Part shown: positions 25,414 to 38,590 of the stretch, one piece after another
How the letters are laid out: each line of letters starts with the position of its first letter
Position numbering within the stretch: position 1 is the first letter of the stretch
Assembly: GCF_036321535.1 (NCBI RefSeq)
Contig: NC_087436.1
Coordinates: 15,438,001 to 15,502,000, forward strand
Direction of reading: 5' to 3'
DNA: 64,000 bases
From: Camelus dromedarius
Taxonomy: Eukaryota
Position numbers and translations under genes: made by a program
The notes under the pieces: model-generated
What the model saw: the letters and a program-made list of their open reading frames with translations, nothing else
Database searches by the model: none
What the model was told of the DNA's origin: nothing

Positions 25414-26574
25414 AAATCTATTCCTATCCAGCTCTGTATCCCAGCTTTATGTTGTTACTGTCACACATTATATTGTATATATTGTGTGCCAATTAACAGA
25501 TTTATAATTATTGTTTCAGACATTTGTCTTAGAGGAGTTACAAACCAAAATTATAATGACATTGATTTTATACTTATCTATGGTTACCTTTATTAGTGAT
25601 CTTTACTTCTTCATATGGCTTTGAGTTACTGTCTAGTGTCCCTACTGTTCCAGCCCAAAGGACTCTCTTTAGCATTTTTTGCAGGGCAGGTCTACTAGCA
25701 ATGAATCCCCCTAGCTTTTGTTTATCTATGAATGTATTAATTTCTCCCTAATTTTTAAAGGACAGTTTTGCCAAATATAGAATTCTTGGTTGATTTTTTT
25801 TTTCTTTCAGCACTTTAAATGTATCACCCCACTGCCCCCTGGCCTCCATGGTCTTGATGAGAAGTTGGCAGTTCATCTTACTGAGAAAACTCTGTATATG
25901 ACAAGCTGATTTTCTCTTGCTACTTACAAAGTTCTCTCTTCAGCTTTCAACAGTTTGATAATAATGTGTCTAGGTGTGGCTCTCTTCGGTTTATCCTATT
26001 TGGAGTTTGTTGCTTCTTGGATGTGTAAATTAATGTCTTCCACAAAATTTGGGAACTTACAGATTTATTTCTTTAAATAATTTTTCTATCTCTTTCTCTC
26101 TTCTCCTTCTGGGACTCCCATAATGCATGTATTGCTAAGCTTGATGGTGTCTTTTTGCTTTCTACTCCTAAGACTGGGTAACTTCAAATGCCTGATCTTC
26201 ATGCTTGCTAATTCTTTCTTCTGCCTGCTCAACCCTCCTGTTGAAGCCCTTTAGTTTTTCATTTGTTTGTTTTTAATTTCAGCTATTGTAACTTTCAACT
26301 CCAGAATTTCTATATGGTTCTTTTTTTACAGTTCCTACCTCTGTATTGATATTTCCTATTTGGGCATATATAATTCTCATGATCACCTTTAGCTGTTTAT
26401 TCATGGTTTCCTTTAGCTCTTTCAGCATACTAAAGACTGTTAATGTAAAGTTTTTGTCTGCTAAGTGTAATGTCTGGGCTTCCTCATGGATGGCTCCTAT
26501 CAGCTTCTTCTTTATGAATGGGTCTTATTTTTCTGTCTCTTTGTATACTTTGTAATTTTTTTGAGAACTGGAAA

Positions 26575-27537
26575 TTCGGATAAGTGTTCCATATTCAGAA
26601 AATATAAAGAGCTCTTACAATTCAATAACAACCAAAAAAAATCCCAATTCTTTTTAATGGGCAAAGAATCTTGAAAAGACATCTCTTCAAAGTAGGTAGT
26701 CAATTAGCTAACAAGAATGTAGAAAAGATGTCCAAAATCATTGGCTATCAAGGAAATGCAAGTGAAAACCACAATGAGATACCACTCCATACCCACTAGG
26801 ATGGCTATAATAAGAAAAATAAAAATTTTTAAAAACATACAATAACAAGTATTGTTTAAGATGTGGAGAAATAGGAACCCTTATACATTCCACTGGAAAT
26901 ATAAAATGATGTAGCCACTGTGAAAAAGGTTTGTGGTTCCTCAAAAAGTTATACATGGAATTACCATATAACTTAGGAATTCCACTCTTATGTATAGACC
27001 CAAAAGAACTGAAAACAGATACTCAAATGAACACTTGTTCACAATTCTTTGTAACAGCATGATTCACAATAGCCAAAAGCTATAAACAATCTAAATGTCT
27101 ATCAATAAATGAACAGACAAACAAATTGTGGTATGTACATACAATGTACTATTATTCAGCCCCAAAAAGGAATAAAGTACTGATGATACGTGTTATAATT
27201 TAAATGCACTTTGAAAAAATTTTGCTAAGTGAAAGAAGCAAGACACAAAAAACTACTTACTGTATGCTTTTTACGTAAAATATCCAGACGAGGCAAAGCC
27301 ACAGAGACAGAAAGCAGATTTGTGGCTGCCAGGGGATGGGAAGAAGAGGGAGTTGGGGAGGGATTACTTAATGGGTATGAGGTGTTCTTCTGGGGTGAGG
27401 AAAAAAAGTTTTGAAACTATAGAGAGATGGTGATTGCACACACTGAGAGTATTCTAAATGCCACTGAATTGTACATTTTTTAATGTTTAACTGTATGTTG
27501 TCTGAATTTTACCTCAATTTTAAAAAGAAAAAAAAAA
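26575..27537 (+). mobile_element. Old L1 (L1MB-like) 3' end
   Basis: Decayed ORF2 end (YKELLQFNN; accacaatgagataccac), 3'UTR gagacagaaagcagatttgtggctgccagggg...ttttacctcaattttaaaaa. Confidence 0.88.
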
Positions 27538-28974
27538 CTTCTACTGTAGCTTAAATTATATCTCTAGATCAACTCTAAGCTTCAGAGCTTCATACTTTAA
27601 CTTCACTGCTTTATCTCCTGAAAGAATCACTTCTACTAAACCGTACTCTGATGGTATGTACTTGGCTCAAACTGAGCAGCATCACAAGTATCAGCTGTAT
27701 GAAAATCATTATTGTAGCTGTCATAAGGTTGCTTTTGGAAGAATGCTGTCTTCCCTGTCACCCAGTGCCCTCTTCACAAGAACCCATAAGAGTAAGTCCT
27801 CACAGGCCTAAAATCCTAAAAATGTTCCTGGATAAACAGTATGTCTTTAAACCTTAAAGACATTGTATAAATTGAAATGATTGCACCAAGGTGTTTAGGG
27901 AAACCTGTTCCACTCACATCACCTTCTCCCAAATCTCCAGAGGGGGTTTTTAGACCTTCTCAAGTATTTGAGCTGGGAGAAAAAGAGAGAACACAGACAA
28001 AGTAAACAAAACTAAGTCACACTAATGACAGGAGACTGAGGTAAAGGTCTTAAAACTCCTGCAGCTGAAGTCTGCAAACACTATGAACCCAGACCCCAAC
28101 TCCAGCATCATGGAGGCGCAGCCTTCCTCAGGATACTTGCTCTTAAATCAATGTGAAGTTTCAACTTGTGGCTCCCTTTAATTTGAGCCAGCTGTTTCTA
28201 TGAAGCTCAGACAGAAATTTATGGTCCACATTCAATAACAGAGGCAGACCTTGTTAACGCATTTCTGCAGCCTTTAACTTACTGTATACCTTTATCTTCA
28301 CCTTCACAATTTTATCTTTCTTTTTTCCCTATATTTATATTAACCACTCAATCTTTTATTAGGACAATCTTTTATTAGGATTGTAAATAACAGGAAAATA
28401 AAAACGAGTGTCATGTTACCAATATGTATGGAAAATAAGCAACCTGTCTACAAGTAAAACTGCAGTCCCCCTCGGTGCAGTGGTGAGATGATCCACCATT
28501 TGGGTAATAATATTTAATACAAATTCTTTAACTTTCATTACAAAATTACCAGCTCAGTTTTCAATCAATAATTTGAAATTATGGCACTTATCAGAAACCT
28601 TAATCTCAAGTTATCTATGTCTAGTTCCTTTAGTAGACAAGGGAAAATCACCAATACCGGAGAGAATTAGTCCCTGGTGCAACTGTTTCCTCCATTTTAT
28701 CATATACTTTTCTCTTAATAATGCATATATTTATAACTTTATATCTATATAAAATTATATATGTTTTATTGTCAGCTTCAAATCCATTTTGAAGATAAGC
28801 AAAGTTAAGCAAAGAATAAAAGAGTAACTCAATTGTCAGTGCTTCCTTCCTTTCTCCCTTTCCACCCTCCTTCACCATTAGAAACTCAATGTATATAATT
28901 TTTATCAGTGGGCATAATTGTCTCTAGTTGTATCTTGGAAAATGTACACTAGTACTCATGAACAAAAAAATAAT

Positions 28975-29870
28975 ATGACGAGATTAAACATTTCTAAATA
29001 ACACGAGTCAAAGAAGAAATCTCACAGGAAATCTAAAAATTCTTTAAATGAAACTAAAACTACAACTTACCAAAATTTGTGAAATGCAGAGAAAGCAGTG
29101 CTTGGAGAAAAATTAATAGCACTGAATGCATATATTAGAAAAGAAGAAAGATCTCAAATCAATAATATAAACTTCCACCTTAGGAAACTAGAAAAAGAGG
29201 AGCAAATTAAATCCAAAGTAAGCAGAAGGGAAAATCATAAAAATTAGAGTAAAAATCAATGAAATTGAAAAAGAAAATCAATAGAGAAAAAAATCAATGA
29301 AGCCAAAAGCTGTCTTTGAAAACATCTCTAAAATTGAGGAACTCTTAGCCACGTTAAGAAAGAAGACACAAATCATTAACATTAGAAATGAAAAAAGGGG
29401 CCATCACCACTGATCCCATGGACATTATAAGGGTATTAAAGGAATATTATGGACAACTCTAGGTCCACAAATTTGATAACCTACATAAAATGGATCAGTA
29501 TCTTGAAACACAGACTATACCGACACTCACACAAGGAAAAAGAGATCATGTAATAGCCTATATTAATTAAAGAAACTGAATCAATAATTACCTTCCAAAA
29601 CAGAAACACCAGGCCCAGACTGGGTTTGCCAGTGGATTCTACCAAACATTTAAGGAGGAAATTATACCAATTCTCTACAATCTCTTCCAGAAGATAGAAG
29701 GAAAGAGAACACTTTCTAACCTGTTCTATATGACAAGCATCACCCTAGTAATAAAACCAGACAAAGACATTATAAGAAATGAAAACTATAGGCCAACACC
29801 TGCTATGAACATAGATACAAAAATCCTCCACAAAATATTAGGAAATCAAATCCAACAACATATAAAAAAG
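28975..29870 (+). mobile_element. Old L1 ORF2 internal fragment (upstream of and into RT)
   Basis: Decayed ORF2; ORF 29730 gives SITLVIKPDKDIIRNENYRP...MNIDTKILHKILGNQIQQHIKK. Confidence 0.9.
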
Positions 29871-31479
29871 CATTTGGCACAGAAGGATGAGCAACAGCTT
29901 GGGCTCAGAAGGCCTGGGTCTGAGTTTCACATACTATTTAGTGGCCTTGGGCAAGTCACTAAAACTTAACTTTATCATAATTGACACCTGCCTGGCTACG
30001 TACAGTATTAAAGAAATCAAACGAGAAAAAAGGTGCAGAAGCACATCAGATTACATCGTTACCCCAAATGAGGAAGCACTAATTTAATTAACAGCAGCAA
30101 TGATACCCTGAGTGACAAGAGTCAAGAGTGGTAGTTAGCGAAATCAGCTACCGGTTTAGTCTTGGATGGGCTTCAAATTCACACTGGTGATCATGGCAAC
30201 AGGTTGCAGCTCCAAGCCTAAGTAGCCAACTGGAGGATGCACAGACACCACCAGGGCCTGACACAAACTCCCAAGAAAAGGACCTGCAGATTCAGATCCT
30301 GCAGACAGACAGTGGCAGGACACCACATCGCTCAGGCACCACCTAAGTACTTGACAACACTGCCATCCTATGCTTTCGCAGAAGCTGCGTTTATTTTCTG
30401 CCAAGTGTTTTGGCAAACTGCTTTAGCAGAACCTATTACATAGCCACAAATTTATCCGAAAAGGGGAGAAAAAAAACACACATACAGAAAATTCATTACC
30501 CACGGGATATGTCACAGTTAATGGTAATTAATCAAACTTTTCTCCCTTCGTGTAGAAAACCAGCCACATAAATAACCGTATCAGGGATCAATAGAGCATC
30601 TGTTTCATCCCTTTAAAAAAAAGCAACTGGCAGAATGCTGCTCAGATTTTCTGGTGTGCTTAAAGAGAACCATCTTCAGAGAAATGAGCTATATTTCTGT
30701 TTGGAAAAAGAAGTCCATAATCTCTTTCCTAAATGTGTCTTTTACACCATAATTACATTCTTTTATACATGTGTACACACATGTTGACACAGGTGCACCT
30801 GATTATAAACACGCACATAAAAAAGTTTAGGTGAGTGTCATAAAATATGAAGATAAAGCTTGAGGAATTTCCTTTGATGTTTTGGGAAAGCACATTTCAT
30901 TTGGAAGTGTTTCGGTACATCCTAAAAATCTTTTGAACTCATGTCTATTGAACAAAATGAAAGAAAACTGCCCCCTCCCTAAATGGCCAAATTATTCTGA
31001 CATAAATGAGAGTGTTTATATTACCTTTATGACTGCTAGTGTCACCAAAAGTCAAATTCAATGCATTTTGATATCCTCTCCGAAACTAAACCCCATAGAG
31101 AGCTTCATGCCTGTGCTCCTCAGCAAATCAGTATTTCCACATAAAACTTATTCAACCCAATGCCATTTTAACCAACACCCCGGATAGGTACCCAGGCGGC
31201 AGTGGCACTTTTCAGTGCCTTGGCAACTTTCGTCAGCTAAAAACACCTTCATAAACATAAAGGGATATACTGGTGTGTCTGTGGTGAGTAACCTATTTGA
31301 GAAACATATAATTTAGCACTGCCAGCTATTACATTTATCTTTCTCTGATTTAAGGTATTCCAAAGAATTGTGCTTAGACTTTTCTTTCTGGAAGTATGTC
31401 TGAACATATTTCCTTGAATTTCCTAAAAATATATTTCTCTAGATTAGGTCATTAACAACAAGACTAAAATAAATACTAC

Positions 31480-31710
31480 TATCAATAGCTATGGCTTAGA
31501 TAGCAGTTATAAGTGTGGCCTGCACTATTTTAAGTACTTCACACACAAACTGAGACAGGCCTTACAACAACCCTATGAGGTAGGTATACATTATTTTCCC
31601 TGTTTCATAGCTGAAGAAACTGAGGCAGAGAGAGGTGATGGGGGCAGAGCCAGGATTCTTCCCCAGGTGCACTGTGTCCAAAATCAGTGTTCTTCTGCCT
31701 GGATTATATA
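31480..31710 (-). mobile_element. MIR SINE
   Basis: cttacaacaaccctatgaggtaggta..attattttccctgtttcatagctgaagaaactgaggcagagagag. Confidence 0.8.
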
Positions 31711-31739
31711 GTATTTCTTGGGATATAATAGCAGCCTTA

Positions 31740-31945
31740 TTTTTTATTAAAGTATAGTTGACATACAATATTATATGTTACAGGTGTACAATATAGTGAT
31801 TCACAATTTTAAAGGTTCTACTCCATTTATAGTTATTATAAAATATTGGCTATAATCCTTGTGCTGTATAATATATTCTTGTAGCTTATTATATATCTAA
31901 TAGTTTGGACTTCTTATCTTCTACCCTTATCTTGCCCCTCCTCCT
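31740..31945 (-). mobile_element. Short L1 3'UTR fragment
   Basis: tttttattaaagtatagttgacatacaatattatatgttacaggtgtacaatatagtgattcacaatttt; same family as 13085. Confidence 0.85.
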
Positions 31946-33144
31946 ATCCTTCATTAATTTTTTTTTAATGGAAGAATTTTATTTGAAGACAATGACTGCT
32001 CCTGGTCCAGTCCAAGAAAAAAATTTTTTTCTATGTTTATTAACAATGAATAGTAAATTAGTAGGTTCTATGTAGTTACTTAACTAATGATTGCTTTCTT
32101 TTATTGAGTTGCTAGTACATTAAAAGGGTCCTTTTGGGACCTAGAAAAATAAAGAGCAGCCCCAAAGTCCACTATGCTGCTCATTAGAAATATCTATATG
32201 CTCTCCTACAAATTTAAAATTTTCCCCATGTCCTCTGGACAACTTCTATATTGGCAATTACAAGTCTCTAACAATGACCTGACAGTGGCCATAAAGTCTC
32301 TATGCAAAGATTCCATCTGACAACAAAGACATATAAATAGTAGCAGGGTCTGCTTTGTGACTTCCAATCATCAAAATGAAAGATTTCCAGAAGAAAAAGG
32401 GAACATATTAAAACCCAGGTGGAGAATGGAGAGAAATGCAGAGATAAGTTCTAACTGGCACACATAAAGACTCTGTGGCCACTTTGTAACTAGGCTTACT
32501 TTCTGAAGTCTTCTGTCAGAACCAATCAGGAATAACATGGTCACAGAAAATTAGGATGGCAAAGAAAATGAGAGGCACAGGAGAATCTGAACCATTAGCT
32601 GGAGTGAGAAGGCTGGACTTATACTGGGCAGGTCTGGCTTCATGTCAAAAAGAGAGAGTTCAGACCAGTAGGTAAGACACAGGCTCCAGAGGTTCCTGCC
32701 CAGAGAAGGATGCTTCTGTTAACAGGAAAGCCACATGGACAGAATAGGTACCAGGGTCCCAGTTCTCAGGAAGCAAGCAGGCAAAAGAAAAGGGGAGCTG
32801 GGACTCAGGTACACAAGAAAGGTGAGGTCAAGTTATAGCTTTGAACTTTTTTCTTTGTTTTTAGCCTTTTCTTGCCTCTCACTCACCAATGAAGATATCC
32901 AATCTCCTTAAAGTTTACAGTAGAATACAGAAACACATTTTCAGACCTCATGTGTACTCTTGCTCTCTTCAACCACACCTCTAAATGAGAACCAGGAAAG
33001 ACACAGTAATCACTTCTATTTACTGATTAACAACTGTCTAAACTTGTTTTAACAAGTTCATACATTTGCTTTTTAGTATTTTACTTTGAAGATTGCAAGG
33101 TCTCATCTTTTAATGAAGATTCCAACAGACAGAAGAATATTGGG

Positions 33145-33326
33145 GAGTCATAGAAATGTAAAGTACAGCATAGGGAATATAGTCAATAATACTGTAATAA
33201 CTGTATGTGACAGATGGTAACTAGACTTATCTCGGTGATCATTCTGTAACGTATAAAAATATTGAATCACTATGTTGTACACCCGAGACTAATACTGTAT
33301 GTCAATTATAATTCAATAAAAAAAAA
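33145..33326 (+). mobile_element. Short L1 3'UTR fragment with A-tail
   Basis: gtaaagtacagcatagggaatatagtcaataatactgtaata...tgttgtacacccgagactaatactgtatgtcaattataattcaataaaaaaaa. Confidence 0.85.
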
Positions 33327-33627
33327 TTGGGGAGGAAGGGAGGTTGATAATGAAATCTCCCTGGAGAGAGTAAATCTTATTTCATTCTTAAGGATACCCA
33401 GGGAAAGGAGCCAGGGCCGAGCCCATCCTGATTGCCTTATTTTACCCTGGAGATGTCATTGAGGCAAAATATGTTTACAACTGGCCTCTTTCAAGTCCTG
33501 AAGGCAACAGATCCCTAAAGCATGTTTGTGCAGGCTGGTTCCTCTTCCCTATAAAACAGGAAAGGGGCTGCTGTAGAGTCATTGGCAGGGGTGGTCCCTG
33601 CTTTCATACACATACCAAATACTAGCT

Positions 33628-34337
33628 CGGGGTTTCTCAACCTCTACACTATTGATATTGGTAAAGAAAAAATATTCTGACAACGTGTGTAACTGGTAAG
33701 GAAGATTTTATTATTCAGGATTATTGCAATGGGTGTGAAGACGACTGCAATAGGGGTGAGAGATCAAGCTCAACTCCGAACATAGCGAAAGACAGCTGGG
33801 AATTTATACTAACGAGCAGAGTGAGGGGTTCATTAGATGGAAAATTTGACTATGACATGACATCAAGGGTAGGGGGATTCGTACTAAATTGATCTAACAG
33901 GATTCTTGCTGAACACACACCAGGGTGATCAGACATCAAGGGTGGGGATAAGGCATTTGATCAGACATCAAGGGTGATCAGATATTAAGAATGGGGAGGT
34001 TTTCACTAAACTGACCTAACATAATTCTTGCTAAAACTGGGATAGGCAGGACAAAGACAGGATGGGGGCCAAGGCTGAGGCCTAGTCAAGAGGCGGCTCA
34101 GAGGAGCCTAACTAAAATTTGGGCAAGCAAAGTCTCATTGTCCACGTCTTCAATAGGTTAATTCTTTGCCTTGAGAAGCCATTCTGCACATTTTAAGGTG
34201 TTTAGCAGCATCTCCAGCCTCTACCTACTGATTGCCAGTAGCACCCCCAACCCTTTGGTTGTGACAATCAAAAGTGTCTTTGAAGGATTGCCAAATGTCC
34301 CTTGGGGACAAAACTGCCTCTGGTTGAAAACCACTGC
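33628..34337. mobile_element. MER20 hAT MITE split by an LTR
   Basis: Left part gggtttctcaacctctacactattga (33628-33658); right part taattctttg...tgtttagcagcatc...ttgccaaatgtccc..gggg.caaaactgcctctggttgaaaaccactg (34145-34337). Confidence 0.85.
33659..34143 (-). mobile_element. ERV1 solo LTR (MER31-like) nested in MER20
   Basis: Begins TG on +; repeated agggtgatcagacatcaag units; ctcagaggagcctaactaaaatttgggcaag resembles the antisense MER31 5' end. Confidence 0.75.
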
Positions 34338-34344
34338 TTTAGAC

Positions 34345-34538
34345 CAAGGGTGGGCAAACTTTTTCTGTAAAGGGCCAGATAGTAATTATTTTCGGCTTTG
34401 AAGGATCCATATACGCTCTCTATACATTATGTTCTCCTTTTTTTTTTCCAACCATTAAAAATCTATAAACTCTTCTTAACTGGTGGATCATAAAAAAAAG
34501 TGCAGCAGGCCAGATTTGGCCATTGTTTGCCAAACTCT
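34345..34538. mobile_element. MER58A-like hAT MITE
   Basis: aagggtgggcaaactttttctgtaaagggccagatagtaa.tattttcggctttg...ggccagatttggcc...gtttgccaaactct. Confidence 0.8.
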
Positions 34539-36437
34539 ACTTTAGACTAAATACCACTTTTCAAGTAGACAGAGACAGTACATAAATGGTATTATATTTA
34601 ACAAAATACAATTTACTTAAAACTATGATTTGGGTCTTGGTAACTTTCTATCAATGTTTTCTCAAATGAGGGAGAACAGAATGAGAGGCAGAATGTTGCG
34701 GCAGTCCACATAAGATTTTACATTAGAAAAGTATGCAAATTCTCAATAGCCTGGGGAAAACTACTCAAAATTCTGCAAATCTGCCCTTTCCCGTCTAACA
34801 TCCAACCATCTAATTGTAACCCAAACCTTGCATCCTCAGCCCTATTCTCCAAATCTACATATTTTTGATTCAGGGGTTTATTTTCGTTGTTGTTTTTTAA
34901 CTGGCACTACTTTGGTTTATATATAACATGTTTTTCATACTCTCTCTCCTTAGCCAACATTCTGGAATGCATCTCTGAAATTAATCTATTCCTGGCTGCG
35001 GAGTCTATGAATGTGAAACAGGTCACTGGGACACCTTATCTTGCTTAAGGGTCAATTTGTTACAAAATGATGACATGCTAAAAATGACCCCAGGACTATC
35101 TAAAGGTTATACTACAATCCAGCTACTGAACGTGAGAACTTAAGCTCTGTGGTGCTCTTGTTTTTAACAGTTACAACAAATGTTACTGGGGAAAAAAAAA
35201 AAGACCCAGCAACTTTTGTTTATTTCAATTTACTAGATTCCATTAGGTAAGGTCTAAATCACTAGGAAAAATGGAGAAACAGCTCTAAACAAATGCAGGA
35301 AAATATGTCTAATATGTAAATTACAAATCCTATAGGAAATATCTGCAATGTGCTTACTCTTCTTTGATTAAAACATCAACATTAAAATTTCACACTTGAT
35401 GCCAACACTCTAAATTGCAAAGCAATAGCTGATCATCAAAATAGAAGTCAGAGTCTTTATTTTCAACTTTATTTTAAATCATAAAAGCGATACATAGTCA
35501 TTGCAAAAAATGTAGCGAAAATATAAAGATAGTAGAAATCACTCAAAGCACCACCACCAGAAATAATTATTTTTAAAGCTTTAATATCTTTATTTCTAGT
35601 CTTTTTTCTATATTTTCCAATAACTTCATAAATTTACAAAGTCAGAAGCATAATACATGTGTGTATATAGACATCTGGCAAAAGACTTGGCAACAGATAA
35701 CAAATAAGGCATCTACATTTTTAATCTCTTCTGTTCATTCTTCTATAAATCTATCATGAAAACCTAGAAATGTTAAATAAAATTATGTAAAAATGTACTA
35801 AGTTTTTTACTGAAGAATATTTCTAAAAGTGAAAATTTGGAACAGGCTAAGCATTCAACAAGAGAAGGATTAAATATATGTGGAACATCCCTATAATGGA
35901 ATGATGGACAATTATGAAAACTGGATTTTTTTTTGAAGAATTTTATGACTTGGGATTAAATCTTGATTCCTGCTTTTTTCATTCAATATTTCATCATGAG
36001 TATTTTGCCAAGCCATTAAATTCTCCCCCCAAAAAAATATAATTCCATGAATTAGATTTTAGATTTCTTAATGTCTATTATCAAATCTTTTGCCAAATAT
36101 TCTAGCAATTTACACTCCTACTCGCAGATTCTGGGGTACCTCTCGATGAGACTTTAAGAAGGTATACTCCTAAATCAACAAGTGCAAATATCTAGAAAAA
36201 ATAATAAAGATTCATAAAAGTAACTATTCAGATTTTTTTCAGAATCCTGTAATTAACTTTCTTAAAATATCCAAAAAGGTTGCTAATTTTATGTAAAGTG
36301 GCAAGAAACAAAAAAGGTAAAACTTCTTTCAAATCCAAGTTATATATATACATATATTTTAAGCACTGACATACTGATTTTCAAATTACTTACTAAAATT
36401 GTCCATGGTTACGTAAGAGGGAAATCATCCTCAGCTA

Positions 36438-36921
36438 TGCAGAGACTTCCAGTTACCACCCAGTATCTGTCCTCTCCCTCCTTATTAAAAGAAACCCAAT
36501 TTTGCAGTAAGGCAAAAAACAGTATCTCCCAGCCTCCCTTACAGCCAGAGGTGATACTGTGATACAGTTCCATCATTGAGCATACGGAGAAATCCTTGGA
36601 AGGCCTTTCTGGAGAGCCCCTAAAAGGTGTGGGGGCAGGAAGCAGAATGCTAGTAAGCTCCCTTTTGCTTTTTTGATCTTTCCTCCTGTCCCAGAATGAG
36701 ATCACACAAATGTTAAACTTCTGGCGGTCATCTTAAGATGAGAACGTAGGGGCAAGGATGGCCCCAGGAGAGTGGAGCAGAAAGACAGAAGGAGCCAGTT
36801 TACTAAGCCTGGAGAGCCTAGTCCCACACTTATTTTATGTGGAAGAAAAATAACCCCCTAATTGGTTTAAGCCATTGATTTTGGTAGTTACTTATGGGTG
36901 AACCTAACCCTAACTGATATA
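36438..36921 (+). mobile_element. MaLR solo LTR (MLT1H/I-like)
   Basis: tatctgtcctctccctcctta.taaaagaaacccaatttt...tctcccagcctcccttacagc...ends ccctaactgatata. Confidence 0.7.
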
Positions 36922-36994
36922 TCACCTACAAGAGTTTTTCCACAAAGGTAAGAAGCAGGCGGAACTGGGTAAAATCAATTTGCTCATTTAAATA

Positions 36995-38590
36995 CCCATT
37001 TATTCTTCCATGCAATCAATATTTATTGAACATCTATGCTGGGTGGCAGAAGCACAGAAATAAATAAGATGTGGCTTACAGCCTAAATGAAACAACGGAA
37101 CAATTAAAACAAGGTTTAGTGAGTCGCATGGTAGGGAAGAATGGTATGCAATGGCGGCATATAAGAAGAAGCACTTAACCCAAACTGTTGGTTGGAAGGT
37201 AAATGGGATCTGAGAAGGCTTTTCAGGTGAAATGAAATCTAAGTTGAGACCTGAAAATGGAGATGGTAGTGTGAGCCAGGCAAATGGGGCAGTGAGGGAA
37301 GAGTATACAGGAAGAGCGAAGAGCATATGCGAAGGCTCAGAGGAAGGAGAGAGAACATGACACACTGTAGGGAGTGCAAGCAGTTTACTACACCTGGAGC
37401 ACAGAACTGGGGCAGCCGTGGGAGAGCACTCCACTGAGGGGCTGCCAAAATTAGAGATGCCACCCCTCTCTGAGCTAGACTAGACTCTTAATTTTTTTTT
37501 ATTGTTCTTTCATTACAATAAATAGAAATTAAGGACCAAAAGCAGCAAAGACTCTTTCAGCTCTCTGCATTATGGCAAGATTCTTCAAAAGTCTGAATCG
37601 TCCTGTTCCTCAAAATGAGTGGAGCTTGCTCAATAGTGAAGTGGATAATAGAGCGTTTGCCCAACACCAGATGACGGATCGTGGAGGGTGGGGCTGGCGA
37701 AGGCAGGCAAGTGTCATGATGCGGTTTACTACTAGGAAGAACAATACCCTCGCAATAATATACAGAAATAGATGGAAAGAGGACACCAATTAGAACAGTA
37801 GGGGCAAGAGATGAAGGAGACCAGGATCAGAATACTTACTCCACTGAAAGTGCAGAGAAGCAGAAATGTGCTTTTAAGAGAGTTTAGGGGGTGGGCGGGA
37901 GAGGACTGACCAGATGTGCAGGGGCAGGAGACGAGGTGAAGGGTAGTCCTAGACGTCTGGCATGGGGTACTGAGAAAGGCTGGCAGCAGAGCACGGCGAC
38001 TAAGACTCCATGCTCTGGGATTCCATCTCCACCAATTAATGGTTTTGTGATCTTAAGCTCCATGTGCTTCAGTTTCTGCATCTCTATAATGGGAATAATC
38101 ATAAAATCTATCCCAAAGGATTTTGTGAGGAGTTACACAGAAGTTCTTAGAAAAGAGCCTGGCACATAGAAGATGCCGGGTCAATGTCAGCCATGTAAAG
38201 GGGGACAGTGATGGCATTCTCCAAGACAGAGGACATGACGGGGTAGGTATGGGGGCACAGATTTCAGGGGAGAAGAATGATGAGTTCAGTTTCGGGTATG
38301 TTAATCTGATCTGCCTGCAGGACATCCAAGAGGCAGCCAGTTATGTGGGGCTAGTGCTCAGAGGAGAGTCGAGAGTCAGATGCTGCTTTATAAAGGGTGG
38401 TGTTAAGGTGACATCTGAACAATGATCAGGCAGACATGAAGAAGCAGGCCCCGAGGGGACAGCGTGCAGTGGGACATGGAGAAAAGAACTTGGGCAGTTC
38501 CTGGGGAACGCCGACACATGAAGGGTAGACAGAGGGAAGAAAGACCAGAAAGGAGCAGCCACTGAGACAAGAGGAAGACTCAAAAAATAA
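36995..38590 (-). mobile_element. L2 fragments (tail at ~37000) with a nested + strand MIR at ~37980-38190
   Basis: caatcaatatttattgaacatctatg; aggctt.tcaggtga...taagttgagacctgaa; gatgatgagttcagtttcggg; MIR core cttcagtttctgcatctctataatgggaataat. Confidence 0.65.

Larger units (their letters stand above)
23795..26570 (-). mobile_element. Old L1M (RT fragment joined to inter-ORF/ORF1 region), interrupted by a young L1
   Basis: 23800-23950 antisense to the RT 'HMIISIDAEKAFDKI' region; 25650-26300 antisense ORF1-type sequence (ttagcatttttt.gcagggcaggtctactagcaatgaa...). Confidence 0.75.

Noticed and set aside
33920..33990. Short spaced repeats (CRISPR-like)
   Set aside because: They are internal tandem units of an ERV LTR with irregular spacing, in a eukaryotic context.
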